DNA of 26,556 nt, from the NCBI GenBank assembly GCA_043812975.1, contig JBDRLP010000012.1, forward strand, positions 1-26,556. The letters run 5' to 3'. Below, piece after piece: positions 11,515 through 19,370 of this stretch. The position numbers were made by a program, and so were the translations under genes. This DNA is from Candidatus Iainarchaeum sp. GTDB lineage: Archaea > Iainarchaeota > Iainarchaeia > Iainarchaeales > Iainarchaeaceae. Under the pieces are notes generated by a model that saw nothing but the letters and a program-made list of their open reading frames with translations, was not told where the DNA came from and searched no databases. Position 1 is the stretch's first letter; each line of letters begins with the position of its first letter.

Positions 11515-13197
11515 TTACGGGTATGAAAGGTTTATTTTCAAAATATTTTGTATTTTTTTAAGTTGTTTAATTACTTTTTGCAGATTTTGCACGTTTTTTC
11601 CCCTTATAAAATATTCTGAATAACAAGTAGTTCCATCTTCATTCATTCTTGAGATTGCAGTTTCTATATCCAAACCATTTTTTGCTAAAATTGTCATTTG
11701 ATCCATTAGCAATTTCGGTCTGTCAACAGCTTCTACTCTTATTCTTGCAATTTCTCCTTTTTTCTCACTGTATTTTCGTTTCTTTTTGAGTTGTTGCATT
11801 ATAAGATTTTTTGATTTATCCGATTTAACAAAACTTAACCAGCTGGAATTAAGATGACTAGTTGTAGAGTAAAATATTTTTACTCGATCCCCGGTATTAA
11901 GTTGTGTCCACAAAGGAACTAATTTTCCGTTTATTTTTGCTGCAGATGATTTATATGAATTTTTTTCATTTGTAAAGTATGAAAAATCAAGAGCGGTTGA
12001 TTCTGAGGGTAGTATAATTACTTCTCCGCGGGTTGTAAATACAAGCATTGTATTATTATGAAAAACTAAATCCATTGTTTCAGCCAGTTGTTTCTTGTTT
12101 TTAATATCCGGGGTTTTTAGCTTCGGCAATGATTCTGCAAAGTTATCAAATTCTTTTATTTTATTATTCTTTAAATAACTCACAATTCCGTTTTCACCAA
12201 TATCCTCAAGTTCTTTTGTTATTATATAAATTTTAAGGGGTTTTTTCAGTGGACCAATTACTTGGGTGTGTACTGCTTTGTATATTCCGTATTCTGGGAT
12301 TGCAATAAAATCTTTAATTTTATAAGGGATAGGTTTGAAGCTTGAGTGTATTTTTCCCATTGCGGAATAACAATCATACGTGTTTTTTACAAATATTTTA
12401 AGTATTGCATAATCATTTAATTCATTTAATTGTTTGTTCTGACCAACCATTTTTGAGTGGTGTGAGTATATAGATTTTGTTTCGTGTGAAAATTCCCATT
12501 TTTCTTTCGGGAACTTTTTCTTTAAAATTTCTGCAGCTTTATGGACTACTGTTAGTCTATTTTTCCTTTCTTTAAATATAAGTTTTTTCAGTTTTTTGTA
12601 TTTTTTTGGTTCTAAAACACTGAATGCGAGTTCTTCTAACTCGTATTTTACTTTATGCATTCCTAATTTATGGATAATCGGAACGTAAATGCTTAGAACA
12701 TCACTTGCTATTCTTCTTTGTTTTTCTTTTGGTAAGTATTTAATTGTTCTCATGTTGTGAAGCTTGTCATATATTTTTATTACTAAAATTCTGAGATCTT
12801 TGGATGCTGCAATTATTGTTTTTATTATTGTTGCTGTTGAATATTCCTGTTTTGATTTAAATGATAAAATATCAAGTTTTGTTACTCCTTCTATTAGAGC
12901 AGCTACTTTTTTTCCAAAAATAGATACAATTTCTTTTCTGTTTGATTTGGTGTCCTCAATAACATCATGTAAAAGAGCTGCACTCACAATTACTTCATCC
13001 AGGCCTTCTTCTGCAAGTGTTTTTGCCACTTCGTACGGGTGTGAAAAATAAGGTTTTCCTGATGCTCTGAACTGGTTTTCGTGGGAATTTTTTGAAAAGT
13101 AGAATGCTTCTTCCACCATGGATAGGTCTGCTTTAGGGTGAAATTTTCTTATTATTTTTTTTAAATTATTAAGCTCTTTTTTTACGTTTTCGCCCAT
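11515..13197 (-). CDS. Long RelA/SpoT homolog (HD hydrolase, degenerate synthetase, TGS, ACT)
   Basis: RASGKPYFSHP, AALLHDVIEDT, DKLHNMRT, LGMHKVKYELEEL, TGS (VFTTRGEVIILP...TALDFSY...AKINGKLVPL) and ACT (VDRPKLL). The synthetase EVQIRT motif reads KIYIIT. Confidence 0.92.
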   Translation of the reverse strand: MGENVKKELNNLKKIIRKFHPKADLSMVEEAFYFSKNSHENQFRASGKPYFSHPYEVAKTLAEEGLDEVIVSAALLHDVIEDTKSNRKEIVSIFGKKVAALIEGVTKLDILSFKSKQEYSTATIIKTIIAASKDLRILVIKIYDKLHNMRTIKYLPKEKQRRIASDVLSIYVPIIHKLGMHKVKYELEELAFSVLEPKKYKKLKKLIFKERKNRLTVVHKAAEILKKKFPKEKWEFSHETKSIYSHHSKMVGQNKQLNELNDYAILKIFVKNTYDCYSAMGKIHSSFKPIPYKIKDFIAIPEYGIYKAVHTQVIGPLKKPLKIYIITKELEDIGENGIVSYLKNNKIKEFDNFAESLPKLKTPDIKNKKQLAETMDLVFHNNTMLVFTTRGEVIILPSESTALDFSYFTNEKNSYKSSAAKINGKLVPLWTQLNTGDRVKIFYSTTSHLNSSWLSFVKSDKSKNLIMQQLKKKRKYSEKKGEIARIRVEAVDRPKLLMDQMTILAKNGLDIETAISRMNEDGTTCYSEYFIRGKNVQNLQKVIKQLKKIQNILKINLSYP

Positions 13198-13230
13198 AAT
13201 ATAAATGCTGTAGAAATTAATTTAAGTGCC

Positions 13231-14931
13231 TTACATTTCCTCAATAGCTTGAATATTTAGCAAATTCAGCCCATTTTTCAATACTTGGGATACGGATTCA
13301 ACCAAAGCAACCCTAGCCCCTATAATTTCTTTTTCTGCATCAAGAACCCGCACTTCGTGGTAAAATGAGTTGAATGCCGAAGCTAATTCAATAAGATAGT
13401 AAGCGATTTTATGAGGGCTGAGGCTTTCTTTTGCTTCCTTTACTTTGCTTTCATAATTTGCAAGTATTGAAATAAGTTCTTTTTCTTTTTCATGGGTCAA
13501 ACTGAATGATTTTGATTTTGTTTTTTTGGCTTTTTTTAATATACTTTTTGCCCTTGCATAACTATACTGTATAAATGGTCCTGTTTCCCCTTCAAGGCTT
13601 GTTGCTTTTTCCCAGTTGAAAACTATTACTTTGTTTTTGTCATGAGCTAGCATTCCGAATTTAATAGATGCTAATGCAATTTTTTTTGCATTTTCTGAAA
13701 TTTTCTTTTCATTCCAGTTTTTGTGGCGGGATTTTGTTTCTTTGTGAGTTTTTTCAAATATTGTGTTGAAAAGTTCAGCATAAGTAATTACGTTTCCTTC
13801 TCGTGAAGCCATCTTTCCGCCTTCAAGTCTGACAAGTTCATAAGAAATGTGTTCTGTTTCACAGAAATCATTTTTCTTTTTGTTCATTAATCCAAGTGTT
13901 TTGATTAACTGTTGAAAATAAAAGTTTTGTTCAGAACCAACTACGTTGTAAGTTTTTTCTGCTTTGAGTTTTTGCTTTTTTATTTTAGCCAAAGCCATGT
14001 CTTTGGTTGAGTAAAGAGCTGCTCCGTCACTTTTTAAAACCAGGAATTTTTCAAGGTTGTATTTTGTAAGATCTACAAGTAATGCTCCTTCATCTTCATA
14101 TGCAAATCCTTCTTTTTGAAGCTGCTTTGCAATTTTTATTCCTTCTTTTTCAACTTCGCTTTCCAGAATAATGTTGTCAAATTTAGTGTTCAATGCATCA
14201 TAAATAGTATCAAAATAATCTAAGCTCATTTTTCTGAGTTTTTCCCAGTCTTTTGCAATGCTTTTGTTTTCTTGTGATAACTCAATAACCATGTCTCGCA
14301 TTTTTTGTTCTAATTCAGGATTTTTCTTTACTGCTTTGGCTCCCTGTGCATAAAGTTCTCCTAACCATGCTCCTTTTTCTTCAATTTTTTCAGGTATTTT
14401 TTTCTTGTTTAAATTTTGGTAAGCATAAAGTGTTTTGCTCACATGAGGTCCCACATCTCCGCCGTAGTTTACTCTTAAAACGTTTATTCCGTTTGCTTCA
14501 AATATTCTGGAAATTGATTCACCTAAACAAATGTTTCTTATATGCCCTATGTGAAATGCTTTCATAGGGTTTGCCTGACAATATTCTATAATTATTTTTG
14601 GACCTTGCTTTTCTTTCAAACCATATTTGTCTTTTTCCTTTAGGATTTTTTCAATTGTGTTTTTTGCAAAAGTTTCTTCATTCAAAAAGAAATTTAAGTA
14701 TGGTCCTTTGGCTTCTGCTTTTGTAAATGATTTTGGCAGCTTGATTTTATTTTCAAGGCCAGAAGCGATTTCGACAGGGCTTTTTTTGAATTCTTTTGCA
14801 AGCCTAAAACACGGTAAAGCAAAGTCTCCCATTTCTCTTTGCGGTGGCTGTTCAAGTAATTCTTCAGGTTTTTTGATTCCTGCTTTTGAAATTGCTTTTA
14901 ATAATTCTTTTTTGAAATTCATTTTTATCAC
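13231..14931 (-). CDS. argS: Arginyl-tRNA synthetase; start may be the second Met
   Basis: GDFALPCF, GPYLNF, ANPMKAFHIGHIRN, KMASREG, GETGPFIQYSYAR, FNSFYH; ends EEM. Confidence 0.97.
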   Translation of the reverse strand: MIKMNFKKELLKAISKAGIKKPEELLEQPPQREMGDFALPCFRLAKEFKKSPVEIASGLENKIKLPKSFTKAEAKGPYLNFFLNEETFAKNTIEKILKEKDKYGLKEKQGPKIIIEYCQANPMKAFHIGHIRNICLGESISRIFEANGINVLRVNYGGDVGPHVSKTLYAYQNLNKKKIPEKIEEKGAWLGELYAQGAKAVKKNPELEQKMRDMVIELSQENKSIAKDWEKLRKMSLDYFDTIYDALNTKFDNIILESEVEKEGIKIAKQLQKEGFAYEDEGALLVDLTKYNLEKFLVLKSDGAALYSTKDMALAKIKKQKLKAEKTYNVVGSEQNFYFQQLIKTLGLMNKKKNDFCETEHISYELVRLEGGKMASREGNVITYAELFNTIFEKTHKETKSRHKNWNEKKISENAKKIALASIKFGMLAHDKNKVIVFNWEKATSLEGETGPFIQYSYARAKSILKKAKKTKSKSFSLTHEKEKELISILANYESKVKEAKESLSPHKIAYYLIELASAFNSFYHEVRVLDAEKEIIGARVALVESVSQVLKNGLNLLNIQAIEEM

Positions 14932-14987
14932 TTATATTGAGGGTAATTAGTTATTTAATGCTTTTAGAAATAGTAAAAACAGAAAAA

Positions 14988-15147
14988 CGGACCCGGCGAG
15001 ATTCGAACTCGCGACCCTCTGCTAGCTTCCCTTTTCGCTAACCTTTTCGGAAACCGGGCAGAACAAGTTCTGCACGACCTCGCAGAATCCTTGATTCTGC
15101 AAGGAGGTTAGAAGGCAGATGCTCTATCCAGACTGAGCTACGGATCC
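14988..15147 (-). tRNA. tRNA-Arg(UCU) with an 85-nt intron at position 37/38
   Basis: Reverse strand: GGATCCG TA GCTC AGTCTGGATA GAGC A TCTGC CTTCTA [intron] A GCAGA GGGTC GCGAG TTCGAAT CTCGC CGGGTCC G. BHB formed by a CTTC/GAAG helix with TAA and CTA bulges. Confidence 0.95.
15024..15108 (-). other. tRNA intron built from a triplex-type repeat plus two hairpin cassettes (15054-15077, 15078-15104)
   Basis: Removing 15054-15104 leaves the perfect inverted repeat CTAACCTTTT-CGG-AAAAGGTTAG. The transcript strand reads AAAA-GGTTAGCG-AAAAG. Confidence 0.8.
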
Positions 15148-15218
15148 ATATACTGCTTAGAAATTGGCTATGGACAAACTTTTAAATATGCTTGTAGCGT
15201 AATATTAGAAGTGATTTA

Positions 15219-16004
15219 ATGGCTGATCTTGTAAGCACGGTATTTTTTATTCTTTTCAGCGGTTTCTGGCTAGTTGTTTTAGTAGTTTTTTTAGTTTTAT
15301 TTTTTGTCAGAATTATAATTCAGTATGAAAGAGGGGTTAAATTTACTCTTGGAAAATATGCTGGAATCATGAATCCTGGAGTTAATATTCTTATTCCTAT
15401 TATTCAGAGTTATAGGAAAGTAGATATTAGGATTAAAACCATTGATGTTCCAAAACAAGAAGTTATGACCAGGGATAATGTTCCGGTTAATATTAATGCG
15501 GTTATTTATTTCAGAATTAAAGACCCTGCAAAAGCTGTTTTGGATATTCAGGATTATATGTTTGCGACTGCACAGTTAGCTCAGACTGCTTTGAGGGATA
15601 TTGTGGGTGCATCAAACCTTGATACTGTTCTTACAAAAAGAGACGAAATAGGTTCTCAGATAAAAAAATTGGTTGATATTGAAACTGATGCTTGGGGAAT
15701 TGATATTACTAATATTAAAATGCAGGATGTTGAACTGCCTCAGGATATGAAAAGAGTAATGGCTAAACAAGCTGAAGCTGAAAGAGAAAAAAGAGCTGTT
15801 ATAATTAAGGCTGAAGGTGAAGTTATTGCTTCTAATAATCTTGCTAAAGCAGCAAGAACACTTAGTGCTGCTGATGGTGCAATGCACCTGAGAACTTTAA
15901 ACACATTAAATGATTTGAGTTCTGATCAAAGTAACACTGTTGTATTTGCAGTTCCATTAGAAGTTCTCAGAGCTTTTGAAAGCATGAGCAAGAAAAAGAA
16001 ATAA
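15219..16004 (+). CDS. SPFH/band 7 (stomatin/slipin) family membrane protein
   Basis: N-terminal TM helix, QYERGVKFTLG, IDVPKQEVMTRDNV, AQTALRDIVG, MAKQAEAEREKRA. Confidence 0.95.
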   Translation: MADLVSTVFFILFSGFWLVVLVVFLVLFFVRIIIQYERGVKFTLGKYAGIMNPGVNILIPIIQSYRKVDIRIKTIDVPKQEVMTRDNVPVNINAVIYFRIKDPAKAVLDIQDYMFATAQLAQTALRDIVGASNLDTVLTKRDEIGSQIKKLVDIETDAWGIDITNIKMQDVELPQDMKRVMAKQAEAEREKRAVIIKAEGEVIASNNLAKAARTLSAADGAMHLRTLNTLNDLSSDQSNTVVFAVPLEVLRAFESMSKKKK

Positions 16005-16044
16005 TTCCTCAAGAATTAAATACTACTTACAATATATTTTTTTT

Positions 16045-16407
16045 ATGCCTAGAAAAAGAGCACCTCTGCGAGTAAGAAGAACTGTTTTGGTGGCGGGTGA
16101 GAGAAAGAGTGTTTTGGTTGAAAGATCAAGAACTCATATTGCTGAGGTTCGTGTTAATTTTTCCTCGCATGAAAAAAGCGACAAATCACAGTTTCATCCT
16201 AGTGTTATTGCTCCTAAGGGCGGTGTCAATCGGATGTTTACAAGCCAAAGAAAATCTGATTGGGATAGGTTGAAAAGACTTTTAAAAAAACACAGAGTAA
16301 CTCCTGATGGTTATCATTATAAAAAACCAAGTGAAAAGAAGAGAAGAAAATTAACCCGTGGTGAAATTAACGAGCTTTCATCAAAGAAACTTAGAAAAGA
16401 AAATTAA
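16045..16407 (+). CDS. Hypothetical highly basic protein
   Basis: 120-aa ORF filling the gap between two genes; starts MPRKRAPLRVRR; no recognisable domain. Confidence 0.7.
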   Translation: MPRKRAPLRVRRTVLVAGERKSVLVERSRTHIAEVRVNFSSHEKSDKSQFHPSVIAPKGGVNRMFTSQRKSDWDRLKRLLKKHRVTPDGYHYKKPSEKKRRKLTRGEINELSSKKLRKEN

Positions 16408-16411
16408 TTTT

Positions 16412-17347
16412 CTAATTGTAAAGCATTCCATAATACAATTGTTCTACCAGTGCTTTGTATGGTTGTTCTCCTTCCACAAAGCTTTCTATTGGCACTGCAT
16501 AATAAGCAACTCTTTCTCCAACACCGCTTGTAATAATGAATGGAAGGTTTTTACCAAAGTTAGTTCTTTCATTGCTTAACCATGGCTGTCCGCTTGGTGT
16601 TCCTAAAAAGTCAAAGCCGTAATCTATTGTTGATACAATTGTTGTTGTTCCTGAACTGTTTGTTTTTACAATTGAAAAGTTTCCGCGATGAGGAATTGAA
16701 GGACTTAAACCATAAGTTAGTTTGTGTTCATCATCCAGAACTTCTATTCTTCCAATTTCTTCTCCCGGAGTACATGTTGTTAAGTCACAAATATTTCCTT
16801 TAAAGTTTACTCCTAAAAATTCGTCAAAAGAAAGCTGTTTGGAACCATCTCTTCTTGCCCAGGGTCCTATTGGTTTTTCTTCACCATTAACTTCCCTTTC
16901 AGATGCTAACAAAAAGGAATCTCCTTCACATAATTCTGTTCCTGCGTCCGCGGTCCAGATTAATCTTCCGCCTTTTATAACATAATTCTGAAACATTTTT
17001 AGTTTGTCAGAACAGATTTGTTTTGCTTCTTCAACTATTATCAAATCGAAATCATTTATGTTTCCTTGTGATAGTTTATCAATACTCATTGCTCTGGCTC
17101 TTGCATTCACAAGGCTTCTGTCGCTTAAAACATCTGAGAGTTTTTCATGGTCTCCTAAACCATTTTCTCCGTAAGCAATTAGTATTGTAGGCTGTCCGCC
17201 TTTCAAAATAGTGTAATATGCATCACAACCAAAAGGAACGCTGTTGCATCCAAGTATTCCTGTAAAAATAAGCACTACTAATAATCCCAGCAATAGCACA
17301 ACAAGGATAGCTACATTTACTAGTGTTTTTTGCATATTTTCATCCAT
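16412..17347 (-). CDS. Hypothetical membrane-anchored extracellular protein
   Basis: 311 aa. N-terminal TM helix and several Cys; FDLIIVE...YVIKGGRLIW resembles a class I glutamine-amidotransferase-like alpha/beta fold. Confidence 0.75.
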   Translation of the reverse strand: MDENMQKTLVNVAILVVLLLGLLVVLIFTGILGCNSVPFGCDAYYTILKGGQPTILIAYGENGLGDHEKLSDVLSDRSLVNARARAMSIDKLSQGNINDFDLIIVEEAKQICSDKLKMFQNYVIKGGRLIWTADAGTELCEGDSFLLASEREVNGEEKPIGPWARRDGSKQLSFDEFLGVNFKGNICDLTTCTPGEEIGRIEVLDDEHKLTYGLSPSIPHRGNFSIVKTNSSGTTTIVSTIDYGFDFLGTPSGQPWLSNERTNFGKNLPFIITSGVGERVAYYAVPIESFVEGEQPYKALVEQLYYGMLYN

Positions 17348-17451
17348 GATTAAAATAAACTCTCGCTTAGTATAAATTAGTTTTCTTTAAGCTTTTTCTT
17401 GGCAGTTACAATTATTAATATCCTTATGTTAGTTATTTGTGGGGTGTTAAA

Positions 17452-17745
17452 ATGTTGAGAAAACGTAAATTTAGCATATCCCGAGGTCATGAGGGGATTA
17501 TTGCAAATCCTGGGAGAGTTCCTTGGCTTTTGACAGTGCGGAAAAAGGCTTCTTTAGTTAACCCAAAATCTTCGAGCATGAGTAAGCAAATTGTTAGTAA
17601 CTGGTTGGATTTATTTAAAGCAGCTAAAACCCGTGAGAGAAAAGCTTATTGCTACGCCCAAATAAATTATTATGTGGCTCATTCTTGGGGCGTTCCCTTG
17701 TCTTGGGGCAAAGTATTCAAAAAATCAATGATGCCAAAAGCATGA
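17452..17745 (+). CDS. Hypothetical small basic protein
   Basis: ATG at 17452 preceded by SD-like GGGGTG; starts MLRKRKFS; occupies an intergenic gap. Confidence 0.6.
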   Translation: MLRKRKFSISRGHEGIIANPGRVPWLLTVRKKASLVNPKSSSMSKQIVSNWLDLFKAAKTRERKAYCYAQINYYVAHSWGVPLSWGKVFKKSMMPKA

Positions 17746-17756
17746 ATTAGGGTATT

Positions 17757-19127
17757 TCAGGTGCTTTGACCACTTTTTCCAAAATAATATATCGGGATTC
17801 CCAGAACCATTATCATTCCTCCAAAAAGTATTATTGGAAGCTCAATTCCTAAAATAATCATTGGTTGCAATAATTGTGGCAGCATTATAAGACTTGATAA
17901 ACAACCTAAGACTGCTGTTATTGGAAGCTTTCCAATATTGAGTGGTGCTCTGAATCCGATTTCATATTTTTTCTTTGAGAATCTGATCAAAATAAGTGAT
18001 GCATTAACAGAAAAGAAACTCAAAAATATAGCCATGTTAGTCAGCATTGCTAAATCACTCAGGTCATTCACAAAGATCAGAAATATTATTGCAATTATTG
18101 CCGAGAATGCAATTGAAAACAATGGTGTTTTTGTTTTTTCATGTACTTCTGAAAATATTTTTGGGATTGCTCCTTGTGAGGCCATTCCATAAAGCATTCT
18201 TGATGAAGAAATCAGTAAAACTAAAACAGTATTTGCTGTTGCAAATAATGCTATTACTCCAAGTAAGCTTCCCATTTCCGGTCCGCCTGCTCTTTCAGCA
18301 ATCATTGCAAGTGGTGCCGTGCTTTCTGCAAGTTCAGCATAATTAATCACACTAACCGCTACAATAGAAACAAGAATGTAAAGTATTGTGGTTACTGCTA
18401 ATGCTATAAGCATTGCTTTCGGAATATTTTTCTTTGACTCTTGTGTTTCCTCTGTAAGGTTTGCTAATTCTTCAAAACCCTGGTATGCAAAAAACACTAA
18501 TACTGTTGCTCCAAATATCGGGATGAAAAGCCCACCCAAATCTGTTGCTCCACTCACTCCGTTCGGAACTTCGAAGTAATCCACACTTCCAACAAAACTT
18601 AATCCAAGAAGAATAATAAGAACCAGCCCTCCTACTTCAATAAATGTTGAAATAATATTGAATCTTGCTGATTCTTTTATTCCCTTAAAATTCAGTATTG
18701 AAAGTAAAATAATTGCGACTGCTGCTGTGTAAAGAATATTAACTCCGATTAAACTGCTTAAGTAACCCCCAAAACCGAAGGATACTGCTGCAGCACTAAA
18801 AATTAATGATAAAAAAACAATATACTCTACAATAAATGCAAGGAAGAATGATCCTGTTGAATTTTTCACATAAACAAATTCTGCAGCTGCTCTTGGAAAA
18901 ATAGAACTTAGTTCTGCATAACTCAATGCAGTAAATGACGCGATTATTGCTCCTATTACAAACGAAATCCAGGTTGCATTTCCAGCGATTCCTGAAGCTT
19001 CTCCTAAAAGTGCGTAGATTCCTGCTCCAAGTATTACTCCTATCCCATAAATAGTTGCTTCTTTAAGACCAATTGCCTTGTTCAATCGTGTTCTGGAGCC
19101 TGTGTCCTCAACTGCTTTTTGCGGCAT
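17757..19127 (-). CDS. APC-family amino acid permease
   Basis: About 12 TM segments; GIGVILGAGIY, LSYAELSS, FFAYQGFE, SRMLYGMA. Start placed at ATG 19127. Confidence 0.93.
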   Translation of the reverse strand: MPQKAVEDTGSRTRLNKAIGLKEATIYGIGVILGAGIYALLGEASGIAGNATWISFVIGAIIASFTALSYAELSSIFPRAAAEFVYVKNSTGSFFLAFIVEYIVFLSLIFSAAAVSFGFGGYLSSLIGVNILYTAAVAIILLSILNFKGIKESARFNIISTFIEVGGLVLIILLGLSFVGSVDYFEVPNGVSGATDLGGLFIPIFGATVLVFFAYQGFEELANLTEETQESKKNIPKAMLIALAVTTILYILVSIVAVSVINYAELAESTAPLAMIAERAGGPEMGSLLGVIALFATANTVLVLLISSSRMLYGMASQGAIPKIFSEVHEKTKTPLFSIAFSAIIAIIFLIFVNDLSDLAMLTNMAIFLSFFSVNASLILIRFSKKKYEIGFRAPLNIGKLPITAVLGCLSSLIMLPQLLQPMIILGIELPIILFGGMIMVLGIPIYYFGKSGQST

Positions 19128-19285
19128 TTTATTGAAAAGGGTTTTTCTCAATTTAAATCATTGTGTTTCTTTGAAAAGCAATTTTAAAAGCTTATTCAAC
19201 CCAAATTCCTTTGTTGCGAACGAAGTGAGCCAGTTCCATCGAGCTTAAGCGAAGATGGAACGCGGTACCGACGATCGCAAGCGTC

Positions 19286-19368
19286 GCGGGGGTACCCAAG
19301 CGGTCAACGGGAGCAGGTTGAGGGCCTGTGGTTTAGTGCCTTCGGGGGTTCGAATCCTCCTCCCCGCA
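19286..19368 (+). tRNA. tRNA-Leu(GAG)
   Basis: Acceptor GCGGGGG/TCCCCGC, anticodon stem GCAGG/CCTGT with GAG at 19320-19322, long variable arm, T loop TTCGAAT, discriminator A. Confidence 0.96.
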
Positions 19369-19370
19369 TT

